A stretch of DNA of 34,031 bases, taken from positions 1-34,031 of the forward strand of contig RBNJ01000289.1 of assembly GCA_003990765.1 (NCBI GenBank), given 5' to 3'. This document shows, in pieces, positions 11,610-21,696 of the stretch; within the stretch, counting starts at the first letter, position 1; each line of letters begins with the position of its first letter. The position numbers and the translations under genes are program-made. Below the pieces are notes generated by a model that saw only the letters and a list, made by a program, of their open reading frames with translations, did no database searches and was not told where the DNA came from. The DNA comes from Jimgerdemannia flammicorona (lineage: Eukaryota).

Positions 11610-11775
11610 GAGGGGGTGTGGCTCAGTTGATAATAATATTCCAAATATCAGTACAGATATAGTTGTAGATCTCAGTGGTTATATTTGTATATATATTCAA
11701 GATTTAGAGTTGTTTGTTTAATTTATTATGGTTCTCTATTTTGATACATCTGAGCACTTAGTATATATACATTTG
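11610..11775 (-). repeat. Old inverted fragment of a main-family-like LTR (cargo promoter and ORF start)
   Basis: Reverse complement reads caaatgtatatatac...accactgagatctacaac...ttggaat...caactgagccacaccccctc, matching 636-790. Confidence 0.85.
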
Positions 11776-12244
11776 TGTAACAATTTCACAGTCATATTTA
11801 GTCTTAGTACATTTTTCATATCTTTTAGTCAGTCTTTTCTTATTATTTCTTGAATATTCTACTATGTTCTAGCACCTTCTACATACTTACTTAGAAATCT
11901 TCTCTCAGTACCCAGACACCACTAGAACATTCTTGTCTTTTCTTGGCACCAAGTATCTCATTTTAGCTAATCATAGAACCTTTTGGAATATTGTAAAATA
12001 GTATTAGTTAGTTTTGCCAAGAATCTATTTCTTGGCATTTCTCTTTCTTTCCAAGATCCTTCTGGATCTTTCTTTCAGATTATGTATAAATATCCTTATT
12101 CTCTGTCTGAATAAAGCTCAGAATATTTTCTCCCAGAAATTCTTCAAGAATACTTAAACCTTTAAGTATCTCTTTGAGCTACTTTAGACCAATCAGAACT
12201 TTCAGATTTAGTTGCTTTCTCTTAAAGATACTAGAACTATTATA
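11776..12244 (+). repeat. Putative 5' LTR of family B (~469 bp)
   Basis: Starts TGTAAC where the inverted fragment ends; ends ATTATA (GTTACA with 2 transitions) 2 nt before a decayed PBS TGGTAGTAGTAG (12247-12258). The partner LTR is not in the window. Confidence 0.65.
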
Positions 12245-12334
12245 CTTGGTAGTAGTAGTGTTATTATACTTTACCTTATTAAGAAACCTTATATGAATTC
12301 AGAAACCAGTCACAACTAGTCACATGAATCTGAA

Positions 12335-13949
12335 ATGAGCCACAAAGAGTCAGTCTACCAGCCAGACCCCTCTGCTATAGAAGAAGCAGGAAGATTGCAG
12401 CTCAACATAGAAGATATAATCAATGCCATAGCCCACCAAATTCAAGAACTTCAAGTACAACTAGAACAGCAGAAAACACAACCTATGGATACATAACATC
12501 CTGCTATAGCACTAGTCAGTTTCAAACCACTCAAGTCAGATACCTTTGACAGCTATCAAGGAGGACTATCTACAGATACATGGACCTTCTAATTAAATTA
12601 ATACTTCAAGCTTACAAGAATGGAAGACAACATGCAAGTCTAATTTGCCACCATACTTCTCTGAGGAAATGTAGCTATCTGGTAGTACAATCATATCATG
12701 GTTATATCTGTACACTTATATGCAAGAATTAGAAATTGGAAAGCTTTCAAGAGAGCTCTTTATAAATAGTTCAAGCCTGCTAATGCCACCAAACTAGCCA
12801 GGGACAAGCTAGTGAATATCAAGCAACTCAAGTCTGTGTAAAGCTATAATGTACAATTCTTGTCAATCCTACTTGAGCTACTAGCAGTATCTGAGAATAA
12901 AAAGATAGACCACTATATCTAAGATCTGAAGGGAAATACACAAGTCAAGATTGAGCTAGAAGAGCCCAAAACTCTTAATGAAGTCATGAGAATCACTGAT
13001 AGATTTGATATCATCACCTTTAGTAACTGCTTTAAACCAGAATACTACAAAAAAAACCACTTCAAGAACTGCCACAGAAACCAACTAAGGATAGTTGGCC
13101 TGGTATCAATAGACTTAGACATCATGAACAAAAAGAACACCAAGCTTACCCCTGAAGAAAAGGACTATCTGAAGAAATCCAGAGCTTATTACTTCTATCA
13201 CCAAATAGGATACATTGTAATCAAATATCCTAGGAAGACTAGCGAACCCTCAAGACTAGTCACTATATTGTCCAAGGATACACCTGTCAATCCCACTACC
13301 AGTCAACTTGAGCTCAAGATCAAGAAGCTTCATCAGAAGGCCCAGGTCCCTCAATATCAAACAGAAGGAGCCATTGGTCTTGACCTACACTCAGTCAAAC
13401 AAGTCACTATTTCAGTCAAGGGCTGCATTCTAGTACTTACTGGAATTGCAGTCCAGTATTCTAAAGGACATTATGCTAGAATTGTACTATAATCAGGACT
13501 CAGTATCAAATATCATTTAGATATAGGTGCTGGTATCATTGACCCAGACTTTCAAGAACAAGTTCAAGTCTTGCTTGTCAACCAGAAGAATCAAGACTAT
13601 ACAGTTAAAGAAGGAGACCAAGTTATACAAATGATCCTGGAAAAAGCCAGTCAACTCAAGATTACAGAAGTCCAAGAACTCTCTGAAACCAAATGAGATC
13701 AAAAGGATTTTGGTAGCACTGATCAAGTAGCAAGTCTTAGTGAAAATCGAGCTCAAGCCATACTCATTTTCAAAGGCCTAGTCAAAGAAAAAGAAGTTCA
13801 AGTGCTCATAGACAGCAGAGTTATAGGGAACTTCATCAATCAGAATCTCATCAAAAACCTCAAGATCCTCATCAAGTCTATATCTAAGAACAATAGTATA
13901 GTTACTGCAGATGGTACTCTATACTCCATTGAGTCAATTGCTACCAAAC
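12335..13949 (+). pseudogene. gag-pol: Family B gag-dUTPase-protease (truncated)
   Basis: KSDTFDSY...NWKAFKRAL...ARDKLVNIKQLKSV*SYNVQF (Ty3-type capsid); decayed knuckle YYFYHQIGYIVIKY; PR VLIDSRVIGNFI...VTADG. Confidence 0.88.
13313..13720 (+). pseudogene. dut: dUTPase domain of family B
   Basis: LKIKKL...GAIGLDL...TGIAV...YARIVL*SGLS...AGIIDPDF...GDQVIQMI...DFGST. Confidence 0.9.
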
Positions 13950-15411
13950 TGTAAGTACACAACCTCCAAGCCACCAAAATCACATGGCATCCTCAGAACT
14001 AATTTGGAAACCACATGCGAGACTATAAAACAAGTTACTGAAGAGATCATCTGGTCACATGAAATATGTCAGCAAGCATGAGAACCCACCACCAAGATAC
14101 AAGAATACTAGAAGAAGTACTATAACCATAAGACTAACTCTGAACCACTATAACTAGTTTAGTATACTGTACTATTATAAAAGGAAACTGAAAGTACCAA
14201 ACTCAAATCAAGATAAGAAGAACCCTATCTTATCTACCAAAATATTCATGAACTGCACTTATCAACTCAAGACCAAGATACACTATGACTATATAAGACC
14301 TCATTACTTAGTAGAAGTAAAATGTATTTGAACAACTCTGTTTACTCTATCTGTATCACCTCCATTGGAGAGTAACAGATGCTTCATCTGAACTCAAGAA
14401 AGCTGACATTGTTGAAACCAATCTCAAGCCATCTATGTGACAGATATTACTATTAGAAATTGCCTCAGATTACAGAAAATATCATTTCTGAGAAGTTTAA
14501 ACCCCCAGCCATGACATTGAGAGCCCTTGCCCTAGACAAGAATGGCCAGTCCTCACAAATGTACCAGAAGACTAAAAAAAAAGAGAACCAAGACCTGTTA
14601 TCCTTGTACAACCACTGCCACCAAAGACAGCCTTAATCTTACAAGAGATAGAAGTGATGACACCTTGAAACTAATGATGTTAGAAGTCAGAAAACTGCTC
14701 AGACTTTGTCAGCGATGATGTTATCAATAGTGATATCATCAAAGACTAACCAGATAGCACCAAAACCTATAAATAGCTTAGCAGTTATAGTATAGTTAGA
14801 TTAGCCTTGTACAACATAACTGTGAACTGACTCAGCAGTCAGACAATCTCTTGACATATCAGATTACACTTATACTACATGACTATATTCTGACTCAGCA
14901 AGGCACTTAGTGCTACATCCATATTTAGCATAGTCCAGATAGCCCCTCACTAGTATAAATACCCCCTCCCCCAGACCTCAGAATCCCAGACTTGAACAAT
15001 CCGAACACAACTTCTGAGCACTTTCTTACAATATTCCTTTATACAACTATTCCTAGTATAGTAATATCATGAATAGCAAATAAATCTATTTAATAATCCA
15101 CAACCTACTCTTAAGTAAATCTGCTCCTTGTTAGGTCCCACTTTTAACCCCATCATGAAATTTCCTAATTGGGTATTGTCTGTAGCAATATGCTGATTCA
15201 ACTAAGCTGATATTAGTTTCTTGAACTTTCTAAAATATGGAAAATTCTGAATATTCAGAATTAGTCCAAAAAAGGACTTTGATTGAGATGTCAACCCAAT
15301 CTTAAAATCAATAAGCATAGAGAACATACTCTATATGAAATTGATCTTGACTATAAGAAAATGGTCTTCCAGAACTATGTAACAGTTACCATAAAAAGCA
15401 ATCCTCTTACA
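13950..15411 (+). repeat. Variant LTR (1462 bp) with a different U3 interior
   Basis: First ~70 bp and 14702-15411 match the main LTR; ~14020-14700 does not. Confidence 0.88.
14285..14764 (+). pseudogene. Possible alternative LTR cargo ORF (~159 codons, heavily decayed)
   Basis: ATG 14285 is in frame, with no frameshift, with the shared acidic tail DFVSDDVINSDIIKD*PDST; about 13 stops. Confidence 0.45.
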
Positions 15412-15680
15412 ACTTGGTAGCAGTAGTTTACAATCTAATTCCACTTCAAGATGCTCCCTCACCCTGCTATAAACCCCTCTGAGAATTCCTACAAGTTGTT
15501 ATAAAGTCCAATCTCTGAACTAAAATTTATTCTGAATCATCTGACAATCTAGAGAGAATTGAACCTGATGTATAAGAACAATTTGACTAGTTTACAAACA
15601 TCTTTCACCAGTACCATTTGGGTGACACAAGACTTAGACAACACTTTTTACTATATTTTTAGTGTCCAACAACTACTGAC

Positions 15681-16614
15681 ATGGATAGCAACAATCAAAC
15701 TGGTGAGCGTACTGGCCAGGGGGGAGATGGTACCTTTGGCTGGCAGCAGGTGGGAAGGAGGAGAGATGGTTTGGGGATGCCAGGGGCCTCAATGGCTAGC
15801 TGAGGTCCTGGGGGTAGAGGGAGGGGTGGTCTGAGGCAGAGAGGAGGGGAGAGATCAACCTTTGCTGACAAGGTCAGAATGGGGAAGATGGCCTCAGATC
15901 TAGATGGTTGGCTGGGCCTGGGGAAGGCATCAACAGCTACTGCTGGGGGACTAGGAGGTGTACCCAGGGGAGTCACTGAGGGTGGGGGAGAAGTGGGAGT
16001 AGGGGCTGGAGATGTGACTGGCGATGGAGCTGTGACTGGAGATCTGGCAAAAAATTCAGATATGATGGCAGTTGATAATTCAGGATAGGGAGTGGGCACA
16101 AGGCATGGAGACCTGGCAGATGGGGTTATGGGCATGGTGTCAGCCCTGTTACTCAAGAAGTCAAGATCGGAATTCGCAGTCATGATGTATTTCTGGGGCT
16201 TGGTAGTGATGACAAGGATGATTTTGAGACTGGTGGTACAGAAGGCAAAGGGAGCAGCATCGGTGAAGTTTTTGAAGAGAAAGAAAGGGGTCGAGGTAGG
16301 GTTTGAGGAGGAAGACGCCTTGCTGGTGGCCTTGGAGAAGAGGGTGATGGTTGGCGAAGTTGTCATCCCTATGGCCAGGTGCATGCACTGGGACCCCTGA
16401 GTGGTATAGTTGACAGTACTGGATCTCTCTACAATGTCGAAGGAGAGGACCAGAGAGTTGGTTGTAGAGGCGATCAGGGAGTATGGAGAGATTGTGGATG
16501 TTGGGTTCAAGGTCTGGGAAGGTACAGAGCTTTAGACTAGTAATGTCGATGTCAGGGTGAGGCTGGCTAGGAGGGAGAGTACAGGGAAGTCGAGAGACTG
16601 GCCAGTGATGCTGA
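15681..16614 (+). pseudogene. LINE ORF1, N-terminal part
   Basis: MDSNNQTGERTG...RG-rich...STFADKVR...RRM-like VKFLKRKKGVEVGFEEE; one frame with a few stops; continues in frame at 29269. Confidence 0.75.
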
Positions 16615-18082
16615 GTGCACAACCTCCAAGCCACCAAAATTACACGTCACCCTCTGAACAAATCTGGAAATCACCTGCTTAGTCATGAAGCTGAGTCAAA
16701 CTGAAGTTACAGCACACAAAGCTGAGTCAACACAAAGTCATGGAATACAAGATTCACATAAACAGAGTCTTACCAATCAGGACCAAATGCATATATACCA
16801 AGTACTGAGATGCATTGAACCAGAAGAACAAAAACAAATAACAACCACAACTTCCAAACACACAAACATGACCACCAAGATCTATACCTATATCTGCACT
16901 GACATTTGGAATGCCATTGTCAACTGAGCCACACCCCCTCTACCCCTCATGAATATCCATAGCCTAGCACCCCTCTACTTCATGGAAGCCTGATGGAATG
17001 CTCTGAACATACTTAGCAAGGCCCACCGAATTGGACAAATCTCAAGCTACTACCAGATCGGTCGCCTCCTGGAAGATATAATCGAATACTACCATAATAC
17101 AGACATTACCCAGATGTCTCAACACCAGAAGCTCATTGCCTGCAAACATCAAGAACTCTTCTACGAGTATAGCACCATTATTTCCCGCCTCTGAGTTACT
17201 ACAGCTAAAATGGTTGCTACCCTGTCTTATGGTCAAATTAACAAGATGATATAAGAACTCAACCACAAGTACCTTGAGTATATTGAAACCACAGACAGAA
17301 CCTTCCCACACCCCAATGATCATATCCTACAAATGCCCCAAGTTGGATATGCCATGAAGGACATCTATGATATAATCCACTTTGATGAAGACAAAGCAAA
17401 AGACAATGATCCCTCTGATGCTGACATGACCTCTAGCCAAGGATCTCTGCCAACCCTGATCACACCACCAACCTTGCCGATGAACTTACAACAATTCATA
17501 ATAACATATGAGACTTATTGGGACAATGACCACTGGCACTAATACCAATCCATATTCACTCCCGATTACTTCAACTATAATGAAGAGACTGGAGAATACA
17601 ATCTATATCTCCAGACAACCCTCAAGATCGAACCAACCACTCCACTACCTGAGTATGAGCGACATGAACCACAGCTGCCAGCTTACTACAACCCTGCAAC
17701 TCATAGTGCTGTAACCTATAGAAGGTATGCAGATAGTGAAACCAATGAAAGCGAAGACAATATACCCCTCCTTCACCCACTAACATCTTACCCAGCATAT
17801 GAGACTGATGATGCCATCTTGTGGGATGGAGATGAAGTTCCAATATATTATTACCTCAGCAAATAAGGAGAAGTAATCTACAAACCACTCTTCCTAGATG
17901 ACTACTTCATCAGAGATGATGCAATCGATAGTGATGTCATCAAGGACTACCCTGACAGTGCCTAAACCTATAAATAGCCTAGCAGTCATAGTATAGTTAG
18001 ATTAGCCTTGTATGACATGACTGTGAACTGACTCAGCAGTCAGACAATCTCTTGATATATCAGATCATACTTATACTATGTG
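16614..18082 (+). repeat. 5' LTR of D, left part
   Basis: agtgcacaacctccaagcc...; resumes at 20166. Confidence 0.92.
16868..17965 (+). pseudogene. LTR-embedded ORF, copy with premature stops
   Basis: 1098 nt, MTTKIYTY...DYPDSA*. Confidence 0.9.
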
Positions 18083-18370
18083 TGTAAGCGCACAACCTCT
18101 AAGCCACAGAAATTATACATCACCCTCTGAACAAGCCACTGAAATCACATGCGACCTCTGAACAAATCTGGAAATCACCTGCTTGATCACGAAGCTGAGT
18201 CAAACCGAAGTCACAGCACACAAAGCTGAGTCAATACGAAGTCACGGAACACAAGATTTATACAAATAGAATCTTACCAATCAGGACTAAATGTATATAT
18301 ACCGAGCACCAAGATGCATCAAATCAGAGAACCAAAACAAACAACAACCACAACTTCCAAACACACAAAC

Positions 18371-19467
18371 ATGACCACTGAGATCTACAACCATATCCAT
18401 GCTGACATTTGGAATGCCATTGTCAACCGAGCCACACCCCCTCTGCCCCTCATGAATTCCATAGCCTGGCACCCCTCTACTTCATGGAAGCCCAATGGAA
18501 TGCTCTGAACATGCTTAGTGAGGCCCACCGAATTGGACAAATCTCAAGCTACTACCAGATCGGCCGCCTCTTGGAAGACATGGTCGAACACCACCATGAT
18601 ATAGACATTACCCAGATGTCTCAACACCAGAAGCTCATCACCTGCAAATATCGAGAACTCTTCTATGAGTATAACACCTTTATTCCCTGCCTCCGAGTCA
18701 CTACCAGTGAAATGGTTGCTACCCTGTCCTATGGCCAAATCGATGACATGATATAAGAACCCAACCACAAGTACCTCAAATATGTCCAGACCACAGACAG
18801 AACCTTCTCGCACCCCAATGATCAAATTCTGCAAATGCTCCAAGTTGGATACACCATGAAGGACATCTATGATATAATCCACTTTGATGAAAATGAAGCA
18901 GAAGACAATGATCCCTCTGATACCAACATGACCTCTAGCCAAGGATCTCTGCCAACCCTGATCACTCCGCCAACCTTGCCGATGAACCTACAACAGTTTA
19001 TAACTGCATACGAGACTTATTGGGACAATGACCACTGGTACGAATACCAACCTACATTCACCCCCGACTACTTCAACTACAATGAAGAGACTGGAGAACA
19101 CAACCTGTACCTCCAGACAACCCTCGAGATTGAACCAACCACTCCACCACCTAAGTATGAGCGATATGAACCACAGCTGCCAGCTTACTATAATTCTGCA
19201 ACTCATAGTGCTGTAACCTATAGAAGGTACACAGACAGTGAATCTGACGAAAGTGAAGACAATACACCCATCCTCCGCCCACCAACACCTTATCCAGTAT
19301 ACGAGACAGACAATGCTATCCTATGGGATGGAGATGAAGTTCCAATGTATTATTACCTCAGCGAACAAGGAGAAGTAATCCGCGAACTATTATTTCTAGA
19401 TGACTACTTCATCAGAGATGATGCAATCGATGGTGATGTCATTGAAGACTACCCAGACAGTGCCTAA
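18371..19467 (+). pseudogene. LTR-embedded ORF in the solo LTR (1-nt deletion near 18457 and a premature stop)
   Basis: 1097 nt; track ORF 18835-19467 is its C-terminal 210 aa. Confidence 0.9.
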
Positions 19468-19690
19468 ACCCATAAATAGCCTAGCAGTCATAGTATAGTT
19501 AGATTAGCTTTGTACGATGTGACTGTGAACTGACTCAGCAGTTAGATGATCTCTTGATATATCAGATCACACTTATACTATATGACTACATTCTGACTCA
19601 GCAAGGCACTTAGTGCTACATCCATATCTAGTATAGTCCAGATAGCCCCTCACTAGTATAAATACCCCCTCCCCCAGACATCAGAATCTC

Positions 19691-19720
19691 AGACTTGAAC
19701 AGACTTGAACAGACTTGAAC
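19691..19720 (+). repeat. Tandem repeat (AGACTTGAAC)x3
   Basis: Three exact 10-bp units; a single unit in the A, C and D LTRs. Confidence 0.9.
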
Positions 19721-20165
19721 AATCCGAACACAACTCCTGAATACTTCTCCACAATACCCCTTCACACAAATACTCCTAGTATAGCAATATCATGAATAGC
19801 AAATAAACCTATTCCTTAACCCACAAACCACTCTTAAGTAAATCTGCTCTCTGTTAGGTCCCATTCCTAACCCTGTCACGAAATTTCCTAATTGGGTATT
19901 GTCTGCAGCGATACGCCAATTCAACTAAGCTGGTCTTAGTTTCTTGAACTTCCTGAAATACGGAAAATCCTGAACATCCAGAACTAGTCCAAAAAAGGAC
20001 TTTGGTTGAGACATCAACCTGATCTTGAAATCAATAAGCATAGAGGACATACTCCATACAAAATTGATCTTGACCATAAGAAAACGATCTTCCAGAACAT
20101 CCAGAATATCCAGAAAATTTTTCCAGAACTACGTAACGATCACCCTAAAAAGTAACCCTCTTACA

Positions 20166-20734
20166 ATGTGACTGCATTCTGACTCAGCAAGGCACTTAGT
20201 GCTATATCCATATCTAGCATAGTTCAGATAGCCCCTCACTAGTATAAATACCCCCTCCCCCAGATCTCAGAATCTCAGACTCGAACAATCTGAACACAAC
20301 AACTCCTGAGCACTTCTCCACAATATCCCCTTATACAACTACTCCTAGTATAGCAATATCATGAATAGCAAATAAACCTATTTAATAACCCACAAACCAC
20401 TCTTAAGTAAATCTGCCCCCTATTAGGTTCTACTCCTAACCCCATCATGAAATTTCCTAATTGGGTATTATCTGCAGCGATACGCCAATTCAACTAAGCT
20501 GGTCTTAGTTTCTTGAACTTCCTGAAATATGAAAAATCCTGAACATCCAGAACTAGTCCAAAAAAGGACTTTGGTTGAGATGTCAACCTGATCTTGAAAT
20601 CAATAAGCGTAGAGGATATACTCCATATGAAATTGATCTTGACCATAAGAAAACAGTCTTCCAGAATACTCAGAACTTCCAGAAAACCCTTCTAGAACTA
20701 TATAACAGTTATCCTAAAAAGTAACCCTCTTACA
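20166..20734 (+). repeat. 5' LTR of D, right part
   Basis: Ends CTTACA, followed by decayed PBS TAGTAGCAGTGG at 20738. Confidence 0.92.
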
Positions 20735-21696
20735 ACTTAGTAGCAGTGGTTTATAATCCAATTCCACTTTAAGATGCTTCCTCATCCCGCTACAAACCCT
20801 TCTGAGAATTCCTCCAAGTTGGTATAAAGCCCAACCTCTGAACTGGAATTTATCCTGAACTATCTGACAATCTGGAGAGAATTGAACCTGATGTACAAGA
20901 ACAATTTGACCTCCACACCTGTAACAAGTGGGACAAACTTCATTTAAAGAAAGAAGTACTCTAGTTAAACCAGCAAATAGGTGAACCCCTATTCACCGAA
21001 CTCCTTACACTACATTCAGCAAGTCAAGATGAAGAAGGTCTTATTGAAGCCTTCTTTACTCTTCTCAACAAGAGTTTTGTTAGCTCTACAAATCTGAGTG
21101 ACTTAAGACAACCAGTAGCAGTCTTTCTAGCCTTAGTTCCTTATGAAGCCCAAGCCTCTGTAGCCAAGTGGCTCAACTCTACTGATTTCCACTGTACCAG
21201 GACCAAGACTGTATTATACTACTGATTTCAGAATAGCAAGGCCCACCATATTCTTAAAGAAGAAGCAAGAGAAACCCTTCATCAACTACCTGACCCTGAA
21301 CCTGAAGCAGGCTCTGCTACAGTCGTACCTGAATCTAAAACCAACACCAAACCTGAACTTGACTTTGAATTCAGTTCATCTGAAATCAGATATACAACTG
21401 ATTCTGTCTACTTTGATGCTGAGCAAACCCAATTACACGGGGACCAAACTGAATAGGAGGAGGAGTATCTCAGTGAATTCAATCCTGGATATACCACCAA
21501 AGGAGAAGTACCTCCATCAGGACAGAATACACCTACACAGCAATAAACAGTTATCTATCAAGCCCTCACTCCAGACCTACAACTACTATTCCAGCAACTT
21601 ATACAGACCCAAAGAACCCCATCACACTCTGCACCAGTACCTCAAGTAGTACTAGTAACATCACTACCAGCAGTCCAACCACCTCCAGTAAACAAC

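Larger units (their letters stand above)
11776..13949 (+). mobile_element. 5' part of a second Ty3/Gypsy family (B), interrupted inside the protease by element C
   Basis: Short LTR, PBS, capsid, dUTPase and protease start; nucleotide sequence unlike family A. Confidence 0.88.
13950..15587 (+). mobile_element. Element C: variant main-family element (5' LTR, PBS, start of internal region), interrupted by the LINE
   Basis: TGTAAG at 13950, CTTACA ending 15411, PBS at 15415; internal sequence matches ~2493-2667 up to atttgac. Confidence 0.88.
18083..20165 (+). mobile_element. Solo LTR of the main family (2083 bp) with perfect ATGTG TSD
   Basis: ATGTG at 18078-18082 and 20166-20170; no PBS or PPT adjacent. 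Confidence 0.95.

Noticed and set aside
15695..16510. 271-aa Pro/Ser/Thr-rich minus-strand ORF
   Set aside because: Antisense of the G-rich LINE ORF1; a compositional artefact.
16614..20734. Apparent tandem LTRs or assembly duplication
   Set aside because: A perfect ATGTG TSD and many sequence differences show a true nested solo LTR.
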